DNA of 63,717 nucleotides, the filler included, from Octopus bimaculoides (lineage: Eukaryota): assembly GCF_001194135.2 (NCBI RefSeq). It is 7 parts of 7 records of this genome, joined end to end, with 100 filler letters (N's around TTAATTAATTAA, not from the genome) between each part and the next. Parts side by side here need not be neighbours in the genome. Positions count along the whole stretch, not along the records: positions 33,224 to 56,402 come from NC_068984.1; positions 56,503 to 61,029 come from NC_068986.1; positions 61,130 to 62,313 come from NW_026416002.1; positions 62,414 to 63,717 come from NW_026309495.1; 3 more parts are not named here. One strand, given 5' to 3'. Made by a program: the position numbers and the translations under genes. The stretch's first letter is position 1; each line of letters starts with the position of its first letter. Shown here in pieces: positions 51,282 through 63,717 of this stretch. Below the pieces are notes generated by a model. That model was not told the DNA's origin. It worked only from the letters and a program-made list of their open reading frames with translations, and made no database searches.

Positions 51282-51876
51282 ACTGTTTGTCCACTTAATA
51301 TTTGTATTGTGCATCTCAGCATAATGCTTGGAGTTAATGAGGTTATTTTTGCTGCAGTGATTTCTGTATGTGCTTTTTTTATGTCCATCTGGGCTGAGTG
51401 GAAGAGATAGTGTTTTTTTAAAGATGGTGTTGTAGTAGTGTTCCGGAATGTTGTTGGGTAGTCCTTTGTATCTAGGATGTAAGATCTGGCTTCTGTTGCC
51501 TGTAATTGGTCACCAAGATAATGTACTTGTTTTCTTTTTTTTAATAAACGGAAAGTAGTAAATATATCAGTGTTGGTTTATGTGTCACTGCGTGTAAAAG
51601 CTGAAATGTGGGTGTATGTATGTGTGTGTATATGAGATAGAAAGTGCTTGAATACTTAATTTTTGCTAGCTACAGCTTCATGTACTTTCAGTATCAGTCA
51701 ACAGGATATGGTTCCAACCAAGAAACAAAATTGCTGATTGTTTTTTTTTTCAAAGAAGTTATTCCTATAGCATTTCAAGCCCAAGTAGAACAGTAACTAT
51801 GTCAGTCTCATCACTCTTAGAGAAACAGCAAAGGCCATAGGCACAGCCTGTTTTCTAGACCAAATTGTTCCTTCTC

Positions 51877-52366
51877 CAGCTGGTGAAATATTTTTTTTCC
51901 CACGAGAGTTCCGGATCCCAGTTATGAACTCATTTGCATACAGCCAATCAGAGCTCAACTATCAAACTAACTCATAAGTGCATACCAAGTGATGGGCAAT
52001 AAAATAAGGTCACTTGGGTAAGGAACGACCATGCTTCTTTTCTATTTTAATAATGCTTGTTGTTCTTGTTTCAACCATGGCTGTCTCTGCATAGTTATTT
52101 GTGTTGTTGTTTACTTTGTAAAACAGAAAGGAAAGAGCGTTGCTAGCACATCACCCTCTACCCACATTTTTCCCAGCCACATCTTTACCATATGGGGCCC
52201 TAACAAAATCCGATAATAGGTATAGATGCAAATCTATCTAATTACTTGTTTCCTTCTAAAATCAGGCATAACCTTGTCAACAAGCTCTGATGGGCTGTAT
52301 GCAAATGAGTTCATTATTGGAGTCCGGAGGAACTCTCGTGGGAAAAAAAAATTTCACCTCCAGCTG
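51877..52366. mobile_element. MITE with ~80-bp TIRs containing an octamer motif; superfamily unassigned
   Basis: 51877-51955 matches the reverse complement of 52283-52366 apart from small indels. Confidence 0.75.
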
Positions 52367-53699
52367 TTACTGCTAATAGCTCTTCTTACATAGGCACAAA
52401 GGGTCAGAAATTGTGGGGAGGTGTTAGTTGGTTAAAACAACCCTAATATTTGACTGTCTTATTTTATCAACCCTGGGAGGACGAAAGGCAAAGTTGTCCT
52501 TGGTAGAGTTTGAGTAACTCAAGAAAGTAGCAGAACAAATACTGCATGGCATTTTGTGCAGTGCTTATAATTCTCTACTACTACTACTACTACTACTGGC
52601 ACAATTCTAACAATTTTTGAGGTGAGTGGTGTTAGTGAACTGGAGTAATTGTATTTTATTTTATGGACCCCTGGGGTTTGAAAGTCCAAGTTGACCTTGG
52701 TGGGATTGAATTATAATTATTTAGTTTGAAGTGCAATCTAGAAAATTTGTTATGTTGATATGTAACTAATGGCATGGTGCTAGACTTGATCCATCATCCA
52801 GTCTAACACTACCATTTTTAATTCCTTTCATTAAGTCTGTTCTGGTGAGTGAAGTTCTGAGGAAAACTCAATATCTTGATGCTCAACTTCCTACTGCAGT
52901 AACCCACATATCATACTTTTCCCTTCCAGTCTCAGAGACTGTAATAAAGATCATGGAATTGGCCCTTTCTTTTCTAAGTTATAAATAAATTGTGGGAGAA
53001 TATATTCACAGGAACTTATTATGTTCTATACCATGTGACCACTAGACAATGATACATGTGACCACAAGACAAAGTGTATTTATTGACTGATAATATTTCA
53101 TTACTGCTTTGCATCTGGTCTACATTCATTTTTTGAAAATGCATTTTCCCACAGATTTTTGTTGAAGCGATTGTTTTCACAATTTTATAGCCTCCCACTG
53201 CTCACCATCCAAAAGTGATGTTGGGGTGGAACTTGTTTTTTTGTTAGATAAGCAAACTAGAGCAACTAGTTTTATATCTTGCTCATGGGTACAATGTACC
53301 ATAGTATAAGAGAAACCCAACTTCTGGTGACATGGTCAGTAGGCCAGTGTTGAAACTTCACAATTATTAGTTACAGTGTGTTTGTTGCTGCTTTTGTTGT
53401 AGTTGTTATTGGATATGTGCAATGATGATGATATTTACTATAGGTCCATGGAATGAAAAACAAAACTATTTAACTGTGTAACTTCAGGGTTTGGATGGAG
53501 GGGGAGAGTTCAGGATGTGCTTCAGATAAGGGGCCAGACAGCAGGTTCCAGAGATGCTCAGGCAGTAGTTTTGGATATCACTGGTAAAAACAGGACTGAA
53601 TGTAGACAAGATGAGTTTCAATGCCCCTATGAGTATGGTTTTCAGAAATGTTCACAAGATGTAAAATCTGTAAACGTTTTATTAAATATAGGACTAAGG

Positions 53700-54105
53700 T
53701 CATCATCATCGTTTAATGTCCGTTTTCCAAGCTGGTATGGGTTGGACGGTTTGACTGGGGACTGGCAAGCCAGGAGGCTGCACCAGGCTTCAATCTGATC
53801 TGGCAGTGTTTCTACAGCTGGATGCTCTTCCTAACGCCAACCACTCCGAGAGTGTAGTGGGTGCTTTTTACATGCCACCTGACCGGCTCCCATGCCGACC
53901 TTGTTTGTATGGTGCTTTTTATGTGCCACCGGCACGGGGAGCCAGTCAGGCGGCACTGGCAATGACCCACGCATGAATGATGTTTATTGCATGTCACCCG
54001 ACAATTCAAAGGTATTTTTTAAATGGGCTGGTTATGCGACACTGGTGTAGGCTATAGCTGTGACCTCACTTTACTTGCTGGGTCTCCTCAATCACAGCAT
54101 ATCTC
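53700..54105 (-). mobile_element. Diverged RTE LINE 3'UTR fragment
   Basis: Same family blocks with more substitutions. Confidence 0.75.
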
Positions 54106-56357
54106 CGGTGTTTGTTTATTTTCATTTTTCTCTTATATTTCAAAGAATTCAAGCACTTGAGATCTTTGTAACACGCTGGATGACTGCCTGGGCTACCAGT
54201 ACTTTCAGCTAGTTCTGGATAAAAACAAGTTTGTTATTTCAAATATTTAAACTGTACTTCATGGTAAAGAATATTTGGGCTTTGTAAAGATGTACAGTTG
54301 CTCAGGAATGAAGTAGTTATTCTAGACAAGATACCATGATTCCTTTTTAGTTACATTTAGAATAGGACTTGCAAGAAAGATTGTTGGTGAGCCTTAGTAA
54401 ATGAAATAATTTTTTTAAAGTCAAGAGTTGTCTTTGAAAGTGTTGTGTATGGATGTCCTCCTTTCTAGAAATAAACTATATTTACTTGAAATAAAGAAAA
54501 ACTAACCATTGATGCTGTAGGGCAAGATTAAAATTTCTCCTAAGATATTAGCAACTTGTTAATTACATACTGTAGTCTACTGTTCTACTATTAAGTCACT
54601 GTATGTATTTTAAATCTATTGTCTAATTAGCTCTTTAATTCTGACAATTCTATGATGAGAAGATGTAGTCTTAGAGATTAGTCTCAGCAATTTGGTTGTG
54701 AAAGTGATGTTGGTATTTGTTTTAGTAAATGTGGAAGTCCCAACCAGATGGTGGAAGTATTATATTGAAAGTAAGGTTTTGTGGGTATGTCAGAAATATA
54801 GGGATGATGTCTTGTTATTTAATAGGTGTGTTATAACAGATGGCTATTTGATGAGTCAGAAGAAGCATAACAACTAACCAAATATCTAGATGCTAGCTTC
54901 ATTGGCTTTCAGAGTACCATCAGGCATTGACATTGGAAAGGTTGGTGGTTTACAACACTGAGATCATACTCTCACATACAAGAGTAGAATTCTCTGATGA
55001 TATGGCAGTGATAATGGCAATATCATGATATTACTATTTGAAATTTTAGGTCTTTTGTTTTGTCTCCCTGTACACTATGGTCAGACAGATATGTAATAAT
55101 TACTGAGTAATAACAAGTATGAGTCACTTCTGATTAACCACTTTGTGTGTCTCTATCCAGCGTAGAATGTTCATATCAAGATTTATTAAAAGTTCATTGA
55201 CTGTTCTTACTGGATAGATCTATAGTCAAAGGTATTACTGCTGTAGCCATCCCGTCTTTTTGTATATGAGATATTAAGATTGTCTAATGCAGTGCTCCAT
55301 AACCAGTATGCCACTGCACATTAGTGTGCATCAAGATGATGTTAGTATACTGCAGTGTAACCTGAATATAATTTTTTCCCCTGTACTTTGTTATATTTCT
55401 AGTTCAGGTGTGCCTCTGAATTTTGAAAAGAATATAAGCGTACCACAAGTGAAAAAAGGTTGTGTAGCATTGGTCTAATGTAACCTTCCCTTTTTTTTAA
55501 GGAAGGTAGGGTGTTATTTGAGAGAGATTTGGCTGCTATTTCTAGCAAGTTAAGTGATCATTTAGGGCTCCCTTGACTCAGTAAAACTGTTTGATATCTT
55601 TATCTATCTGTTTCTTCACACATACATACACACATATAAAATTGTGTACGTTGTCAAGGTTTAAAGTGACATGTTATGCAAGTTTCAGTAGTTTTGAAAT
55701 TTTGCCAATGCTTAATCCTTATTGGTTTATCTCTTATAAGCTTTCAAGTTCGGATCCATAACAAGCAGAATATCTACAAGTGTTGAAATTTGTTTTGTTA
55801 AAAAAAAATAAAGGATATTAATAAAAAAAAAACATTAACAAAACAAAAAGCATTTGATTTAGAGAGGAAACTAGGAAATTAGAATAAATTTTATTTAAGC
55901 AGTTGTTTCCTCTTTCTCTCCTTTTCTGTCTGCCTTTGTTTGAAAGCAGGTAGTGTCAGTTGACTTGTATAGCTCTACACAAGTACAGAGATGTTTGACA
56001 TGATGTAAATGATGATGATGATGGATTTTCTTCATCTTTGTGACAGTCAGATGTTGCTGTCAGAGCTGATGTCATTCTTTGAGTGTTGCTGTCTTATAAG
56101 GTCTGTTAATATTTTGTTTCATATTTGGAAATGTTTTTCTTACTAATTCTTTCTTCCCTCTGTGACTGTTTCTTAAATTATTTAAAGACCAGAGAATGTA
56201 GGAACTTCCTGTTTTCATTATTTGTGTGTGTGTTTGTTTGTGTGGGTGTTTGTGTGTGTGTGTATATATAAAACCGAGTATACATGTAATGCTCCAAATA
56301 TGATTTTTAGTACATTTTTAATAGTTGACTGTCAAGATTTTCCACTCTTCAGTTTAG

Positions 56358-56402
<45 letters not shown>

Positions 56403-56502
56403 NNNNNNNNNNNNNNNNNNNNNNNNNNNNNNNNNNNNNNNNNNNNTTAATTAATTAANNNNNNNNNNNNNNNNNNNNNNNNNNNNNNNNNNNNNNNNNN
56501 NN

Positions 56503-56569
<67 letters not shown>

Positions 56570-57570
56570 ATATATACGCATGTATGTATATGTGTGTGTG
56601 GAAGTTCATAACCTACTGGTTGCTCTTGCTCTCACCATCGCCTGAGTGTGGTCTCGATTCCCAAACTGGCGTTGCGTTTTGTTGTCAGCAAAACAATTCA
56701 TTTCACACTGGTCCAGGACACTCGGCTGTAGATGAGTAACTTAACTACAGACTGGCTCTCCGTTTAGGAGTGGCGGGGCGGGAGAGCTTCCTGCTGGCCT
56801 ACCCAGTCGGTCAGCATCATTCGAAAACTACAACTATACGAGCATTGTGACCAGCGGTGTGTAACACCATCTTATAGTCCGGTCGTTACAATGACTTAGT
56901 GATATGTGCGCATCTGTGTGTTTACAGGTTCGATTGGAATATTTTATTTTTACTCTTTTGCCCGAACTTTTTGGGGTGAGGGCAGTCGGTTTGAGCGACC
57001 CCAGTACACAACTGATACTTAATTTATCGACGGCGAAAGGATGAATGACAAAAATGTCCACCTCGTCGAAATCTAAACTCAGGGCGTAAAGACAGACGGA
57101 ATACCGCTAAGCATTTCGCCCGGCGGGCTAACATTTCTGCCGGTACACCGCCTTAGTTCGATCGTAATATTGAGTTTAAGTTTCTTTCTAAAAATAATTG
57201 AGCTTTTTCCCTTTCTGCATTATTTCTTTAATTTTACTGTGCATGCATGATGAAGTTATTGAAAATCCGATAATTATACTGGTTCTGATATTTTTCTTCA
57301 TCTCTATCAATAGTTTAAGCAGAAATTTTGTATATATGAAGTTGTTTCATAGTTACTAAGGGATTTTCTTCTTATTGGTGATGATATGAGCATATAAATT
57401 TTCATTACCAGAGAAATCTATGTTCATGATACTTGAAAGTAATATATAATTTCGAAAATATTCAACTGCACATCATATACACGGATATGTATATGTATTT
57501 GTGCGTGTGTATGTGTATATGTATATATACTTGTGTGCGTGTCTGTGTACATATATGTGTATATATGTAT

Positions 57571-57610
<40 letters not shown>

Positions 57611-57909
57611 NNNNNNNNNNNNNNNNNNNNNNNNNNNNNNNNNNNNNNNNNNNNNNNNNNNNNNNNNNNNNNNNNNNNNNNNNNNNNNNNNNNNNNNNNN
57701 NNNNNNNNNNNNNNNNNNNNNNNNNNNNNNNNNNNNNNNNNNNNNNNNNNNNNNNNNNNNNNNNNNNNNNNNNNNNNNNNNNNNNNNNNNNNNNNNNNNN
57801 NNNNNNNNNNNNNNNNNNNNNNNNNNNNNNNNNNNNNNNNNNNNNNNNNNNNNNNNNNNNNNNNNNNNNNNNNNNNNNNNNNNNNNNNNNNNNNNNNNNN
57901 NNNNNNNNT

Positions 57910-58260
57910 ATATATAAAATAATATATGAGTATATGCATAAATATACGTGCATGTATGTACATACCTACATCTACATGTATATATAGATGCATATCTGGG
58001 TATAGGACGTAGCAAAAAAAACTTCGATAAAATGATTAACGGAGTACAGAAAACACAACAGGCCACATAGGGAACATTTCTTTCATCAGCTTCACCATTC
58101 TAAAGCTAAGCGTTTTGAAGAGTTAGGGCAGGACGCATTGTTAGAATGGCTCTTCCCACGGACCACAAATGAAATTAAATTAAATTTGTAACGTGGAGGA
58201 ATGTAGTGGCGGACAGAAAACAAGACAGGAAACCGAAACAGTGAAAATAAACAAGAAAGA
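57910..58260 (-). mobile_element. Penelope-type terminal repeat family copy (related copies at 9990-10290, 28300-28460, 61131-61385)
   Basis: Shared blocks (gctgatgaagg..., ctatgtggc, acgtcct.taccc.gatatgcatctatatacacatgtagatgt). One copy abuts the GIY-YIG remnant. Confidence 0.5.
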
Positions 58261-60199
58261 CTATACGGCCAGACGTGAGAAAAAAAATATGTGTATACTG
58301 AACGCTGTAAAGCAACGAACTGGAAGGGAGACGAAGAATGTTTGTGCGAGCTTGGCGATAGTCAAGATATGAAAGGAAAGGAAGTAGCCGGACACGTGAC
58401 CAGCGAAGGCTAAGGAGAAAGAGTGGTGGAAGGAGAAGAAAAAGGGGAGGAAGTAGAACATATGTAAGCAACGAGAGACAGGGAGCAAGAGAGAGATATA
58501 GTAGTGAAGGGGAGAGGTGAAGAACAAGAGAAGGAAGAACGAGAGGGAGAAAAAGATACAAAGATAGAGCCACTTAACTTATATGTATATATATATATAT
58601 ATATATNNNNNNNNNNNNNNNNNNNNNNNNNNNNNNNNNNNNNNNNNNNNNNNNNNNNNNNNNNNNNNNNNNNNNNNNNNNNNNNNNNNNNNGTATGTAT
58701 ACTCTCTTTTACTCTTTTACTTGTTTCTGTAATTTGACAGCGGCCATGCTGGGGCACCGCCTTTAGTCGAGCAAATCGACCCCAGGACTTATTCTTTGTA
58801 AGCCTAGTACTTATTCTATCGGGCTCTTTTTGCCGAACCGCTAAACTTCACTGATCCTCCGAGATTAGAAAGAGAGTGGGGAAGTATCCTCAAGCCAGAA
58901 ACTTCACTTGAACGATTAAAACAGTGAACACCGCCAAGTCCACCAAGGAGCCATGTCGGGTGTTAAACCCCACTGCAGACTAAGCTGATCGTATTGTCTC
59001 CTTGGTAGGCCATATGTGGAATTTGAGATCAGAATACAAAAGGCCGGGAAAATACTGCAAGATATCCAATCCAACGCTCTTACAGTTCGGCCAGTCTAGT
59101 TTGGGTTCTTTTTTATACTGAATAGGAATTAGTGAATAGCAAAATTGATCTCAACGTGTTCTGTCCTCAGAGCTCCGAGTATCAGATGAAATACCGCGAA
59201 AAGATGAAATAATCTAACTGACGTTCTGACTCTTCTTCTAATTAACTGTTTTAAAATAGTGGGGTGGAGACAGCCGGAAAGCCTTTGGTGTATACCCTAC
59301 GCTATCAAAGTTGACTTAGATTTAAGCAATGAGTGTACCACTCAAGTACTGCGGCAGCAATTATACTCCCACTTAATGCTCCTCACTGCCATTACAACTA
59401 ACAAACGGGGAAACAAATGAGAGTATCTGTACACGTTTGTTTGATCTCTTAGCAAAGGTGTACTGGTGCTCTCATTTGTTCGCTGTGTCCTATATACCAA
59501 AAACATGCTTAGCTTCAAAAGAATTAGGTTGTTACTTCCACCGAGGAGAGAAAATCACGCCGAAACGCAATGTCTTGTAGTTTCCTGACGTGATTTGGAG
59601 TTTGACTTGTTCTGCTAAATTTCCCTCGTATCATCATTTGAAGTCTTAAAAAGCAATGAAGAATTCATTAAATAATATGGGCTTTAGGTATATTGGGGCT
59701 GAATAAAACTGGTTGGAACGACTTGCATGATTGTTCTGGAATAAGAGCGATTTTAAGCTAACCACCACCTCCCTAGAAAGCATCAACACTGAAACCAATA
59801 CAAACAACACCACTTGTTAGAACAACAGCAATAAAATAGCAAGCAGCACCATCAACGCTGCCTCCAACTCCAGCACCACCATCGCAAACACAATCATCAC
59901 CACCCTGGGCAACACAACCAAAACGAACATCACCAACAATATCGGTTTCAAATTTTGGCACAAGGCCAGTAAGTTCGGGGTGAGGGCAAGTCAATTACAA
60001 TCACCCCAGTGCTCCACGGATCCTTAATTTATCGACCTCGAAGGATGAAATGTAAAGTTGACCTCGGCGGAGCGGATTTTGAATTAAGAATGGACTGGAA
60101 GCTACTTACTAAGTATATTTATTGCTTGGCGTGCTAACGATTCTGCCAGCCCTCCAGCTTACCAACAACGACGATATCAAACAGCTTCGTCAGGAACAA

Positions 60200-60650
60200 C
60201 TTGAGTGCTGCCGCCGCCACCACCGTCACCGAAAATGTCACCGTCAACACCACCACTACCACCACCACCACCACCACCACCACCATCAACACTACTACCA
60301 TCAGCAATACAAGCAACAAATAACATTCAACATAAGCAATGACTGAACCACCAACTACTACTTCCAATACTACCACAAAAAAAAAAGACGGTTCCACCAT
60401 CACCACTACCTCCATCACAACAACCACCATCACAATAACCATCATCACAACAATCGCCATCACCTCAACCACCATCATGACAGCCACAACCTATCACAAC
60501 AACAAGAGACATGTTGGAAAATTGTTTCTCACAGAGGGATGGTCATGGTTAGAACGCCTTTGATCATAAATCTACGACATCAGGGACGAACTAACAACTA
60601 CTACCTCCAGCACCAATGCTAAGTAATACTTGCACCAATACAACCACATT

Positions 60651-60694
<44 letters not shown>

Positions 60695-60800
60695 TTACTA
60701 CTACTACCCCAAGTTGTACAACCAGTACTACCCTCACAACAACCACATCTGCTACCATCACTATTAGCATCACTCTAACTATCACTCATACACAACACCA
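60200..60800 (+). repeat. Degenerate (ACC/CAC/ACT)n low-complexity region
   Basis: Trinucleotide-derived tracts that give Thr/His/Val-rich spurious ORFs. Confidence 0.85.
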
Positions 60801-60911
60801 TCAGAAGCAGCTGTATCCATGCAATAGGCAGTGAGTAGTAGTGAGAGGTGGCGATTACGGAGCGGGAGGGGGGGGTCAGAGAAACGGAGCGGGGCAGTTA
60901 AGAGGCCATTA

Positions 60912-60940
60912 AGGTCAGGTCAACTGAGGTCAAGAGGTCA
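60912..60940 (+). promoter_or_regulatory. Cluster of four perfect nuclear-receptor half-sites (AGGTCA), including DR4 and DR2 spacings
   Basis: AGGTCA at 60912, 60917, 60927 and 60935; function not shown. Confidence 0.35.
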
Positions 60941-61389
60941 GATGTGTGAACGCGTTCATGTTTGTATAGCGGGGAGAGAACAGATGTGTGTGCATGTATA
61001 GTATGCGTGTGTGTGTGTGTGTGTGTGCGNNNNNNNNNNNNNNNNNNNNNNNNNNNNNNNNNNNNNNNNNNNNTTAATTAATTAANNNNNNNNNNNNNNN
61101 NNNNNNNNNNNNNNNNNNNNNNNNNNNNNAGAAATAATAATAACCAGAGTACAGAAAACACACAAGCCACATAGAGAACATTTTCCTTCATCAGCTACCC
61201 CCGTTTTAACACCGGCGTTTCGAAGAGTTGGGCAGGACGCATCGTTAAAACGGCTCTTCCCATGGACCACAAATTAAATTTGTATACACAAATTAAACCT
61301 GTGCCATGGAGGAATGTAGTGGCGGACAAAAATCAAGACAGGAAAACAAACGGAAAAGAAAACAAGACAGGAAAACAAACGGAAAAATT

Positions 61390-61950
61390 TGATTTGGATT
61401 TTCAGTCTCTCCAAACCTTTTTAGGATAATCTCTTCCTTTAACAATAAGAAACTGGATCTATTCTATAATAAAAAACATCATCCAATATACCTAGCAACT
61501 CCAATAATTCTATGACTAACAACTACTATTATCATAATAACCAAAACTCCATTACCTCTAATAAATGTAGCCATAGCAACATAGTACCACCTGATAATTT
61601 AAATTATAATTGCAGAGACCCAAATACTTGTGAAGTAGATGGAAATTGTAAAATGAAAGAGGTAGTATACCAAGCAACCATTAATACCCATAATTCCTAT
61701 AAATATATATACATTGGTTGTACGAAGAATTCTATAAAAGTAAGAATAAATAATCATAGATCTTTCTTTAATGGCCCTAGAAAAGAGAATAGCACAGGTC
61801 TATCTAAAAAAACTTTGGCAACTCAAAAGAAACAATATCGATTACTCAATATCTTGGAAAATCCTATCTTCAGCCCCATCTTATAGATATAATAACAAAA
61901 TTTGTAGGTTCTGTTAATACTAGGGATGAAAAAGTTTTTTTCATGTAAAC
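61390..61950 (+). mobile_element. Penelope-like retroelement remnant (RT-EN linker and GIY-YIG endonuclease), frameshifted
   Basis: ORF 61512..61886 contains NCRDPNTC...GNC...VVYQATI...YIYIGCT....KVRINNHRSFF...NSTGLSK. A frameshift leads to LWQLKRNNIDYSISWKILSSAPSY...ICRFC. An inverted terminal-repeat-like segment precedes it at 61131-61385. Confidence 0.8.
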
Positions 61951-63076
61951 ACATGTCCAAATTCCATTTTATTAATCTTTAATATTCTCCCCGCCTTACT
62001 TTAACTTTAATATCATTTCCCTTTTTTTTTCTAATATCTCTATCTTTTTTTTTAAATATCTCTATATATTAGGCTTTTCTATGGAATTCTACTATTAATC
62101 ATCAAATACTCTGCACATCACCTTCTCTTACACTATATTGATATATATATTTATTATTTAACCATCCCCTCTAATAATTACATGCCACACCTTATATTGG
62201 GCCAACATTTCCTCCAAATTTCCATACATCTCCCTTTCTCTCAATATATTTTTATATCTTCCCTTAGTACTTTTGTTTTTTGCAATTTATTTCATTTGCA
62301 TATGTACTAATCCNNNNNNNNNNNNNNNNNNNNNNNNNNNNNNNNNNNNNNNNNNNNTTAATTAATTAANNNNNNNNNNNNNNNNNNNNNNNNNNNNNNN
62401 NNNNNNNNNNNNNGAATTTGAACTCAGAACGTAAAGACAGACGAAATAGCACTAAGCATTTCGTCCTGTGTGCTAACGATTCTACCAGCTGCCGGTCTCG
62501 GACTCTGTATATTATGAGTTTTGGGGGATGGCATTTCTGAAATGTATTATGAGCTCATTGGAGGTTTTAATGAAGAAGAAGCAGGAAATGTAAGGAGTGC
62601 ACCAGGTGGGGGAAAAAAAAAAATTAAAAAGAAAAAAGTTTAGGGATCGATTCGTTCGAGTAAGATTCTTCAAGGCGGCGCTCCAGCAAGTCTAATGATT
62701 GAATCAAAGTAAAAGATAAAAAAGCTACAACAACAAAAAAATATAGCAACTACGAAATATTCTATATCGTTTAAATGCTGAAGGGACTTGTGAATCACTG
62801 CTGTATATCAATCCTTCTTGCCTAGTAATTTATTGACTTAATCATATTTTCTAATTGCTATTTAACGGTTTATTGTTCATTCAAATTTTCTGAAGTTATT
62901 GCTGCTGTTGTTGTTGTTGGTGTTGTTGTTCTCGTTGTTGTTATTGCTGTATTTGGTATAATTATCGTAGTTGGTAGTTGAAATAGTAATTGTACTGATT
63001 TCCATTGTTACCTTACTTTGCAAAATTGTACCGCCTCCACTGCGCATACATATACGACACACAGACACATACACAG

Positions 63077-63111
<35 letters not shown>

Positions 63112-63369
63112 CACACACACACACACACACTGTTCATGCCAATTAGGTGATGTGGATAATTATTGTTCACAAACCTTGAATTCAGCAGAGTGACAATATA
63201 TATATACATATATATATATATAGATATGCAGGGCAGGGAATCATCAATTAGTAATAAAATTAATAATTAACAATTCTGCCGGGTAGCTCAGTATGAAAAA
63301 AACCTTCTTCGGTAAATAATTTATAATCATAAATATATAGGGATTGATATATATATATATATATATATA

Positions 63370-63530
63370 TACCTCAGTAGGCACATAAATGCGAAACAAG
63401 GGGGACAAATAGTACTCGATTACCAGAGGTAGAGTAACGTGCCTTATTAATAAGGCTGCAATGACATCACAAAAACTGTTACTCAGAGTAACAGTTTTTG
63501 TGATATTTTTGCTGCTTTTTAATAATATAT
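63370..63530. mobile_element. Internally deleted derivative of the fold-back element at 31-258
   Basis: Same left flank (cagtaggcacataaatgcgaaacaaggg...taccagaggtagagtaa) and a 19-bp hairpin at 63466-63504; hammerhead cores absent. Confidence 0.6.
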
Positions 63531-63717
63531 ATTCAATGCTCGAAGTACGAGAGTAGAAAAACAGCCAACAACTGATTAAGGGTCGTTCTTCGTGTTGCTT
63601 GGTTTGTTTTCCATTTGTGTCTTTCGATGTTCAAAAAAAAAAGAAAGAGAAAACAAATAGCTCCTACTCCATGTACTCGTACTTCGTATTTTTTGTTGTA
63701 CACGTTTCGTGACGTCC

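Noticed and set aside
52128-52218. Apparent plus-strand exon (KERALLAHHPLPTFFPATSLPYGALTKSDN)
   Set aside because: It lies inside the 51877-52366 MITE, has no recognisable homology, and its phase does not match the candidate first exon.
59773-60834. Thr/His/Val-rich mucin-like ORFs
   Set aside because: They derive from degenerate trinucleotide repeats, are interrupted by stops and a SINE, and lack splice or signal-peptide support.

Overview
This is AT-rich, microsatellite- and SINE-dense animal genomic DNA from a gapped draft scaffold. The repeat content is most consistent with an octopus or other coleoid cephalopod (inference). One complete gene can be reconstructed by hand. It lies on the minus strand with six GT-AG coding exons (17558 to 2155) and encodes 262 aa. 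Its N-terminus is TFPT/Amida/INO80F-like, and it is joined to a C-terminal HMG box, resembling fungal Nhp10 more than human TFPT. A CpG-retaining island near 46.3-46.8 kb holds two candidate head-to-head first exons, one resembling a mitochondrial presequence; I could not link their downstream exons. The rest is mostly transposon-derived: RTE, R4/Dong-like, Tx1/L1-like and Penelope-like (GIY-YIG) remnants, at least four tRNA-derived SINE families, and Tc1/mariner, pogo and hAT MITEs. Non-coding signals worth checking include minimal hammerhead-ribozyme motifs (two in TFPT sense orientation) and a pseudoknot with compensatory changes between two repeat copies. There is also a perfect 154-bp palindrome and a cluster of four AGGTCA half-sites. 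I see no rRNA, intact tRNA or CRISPR array.
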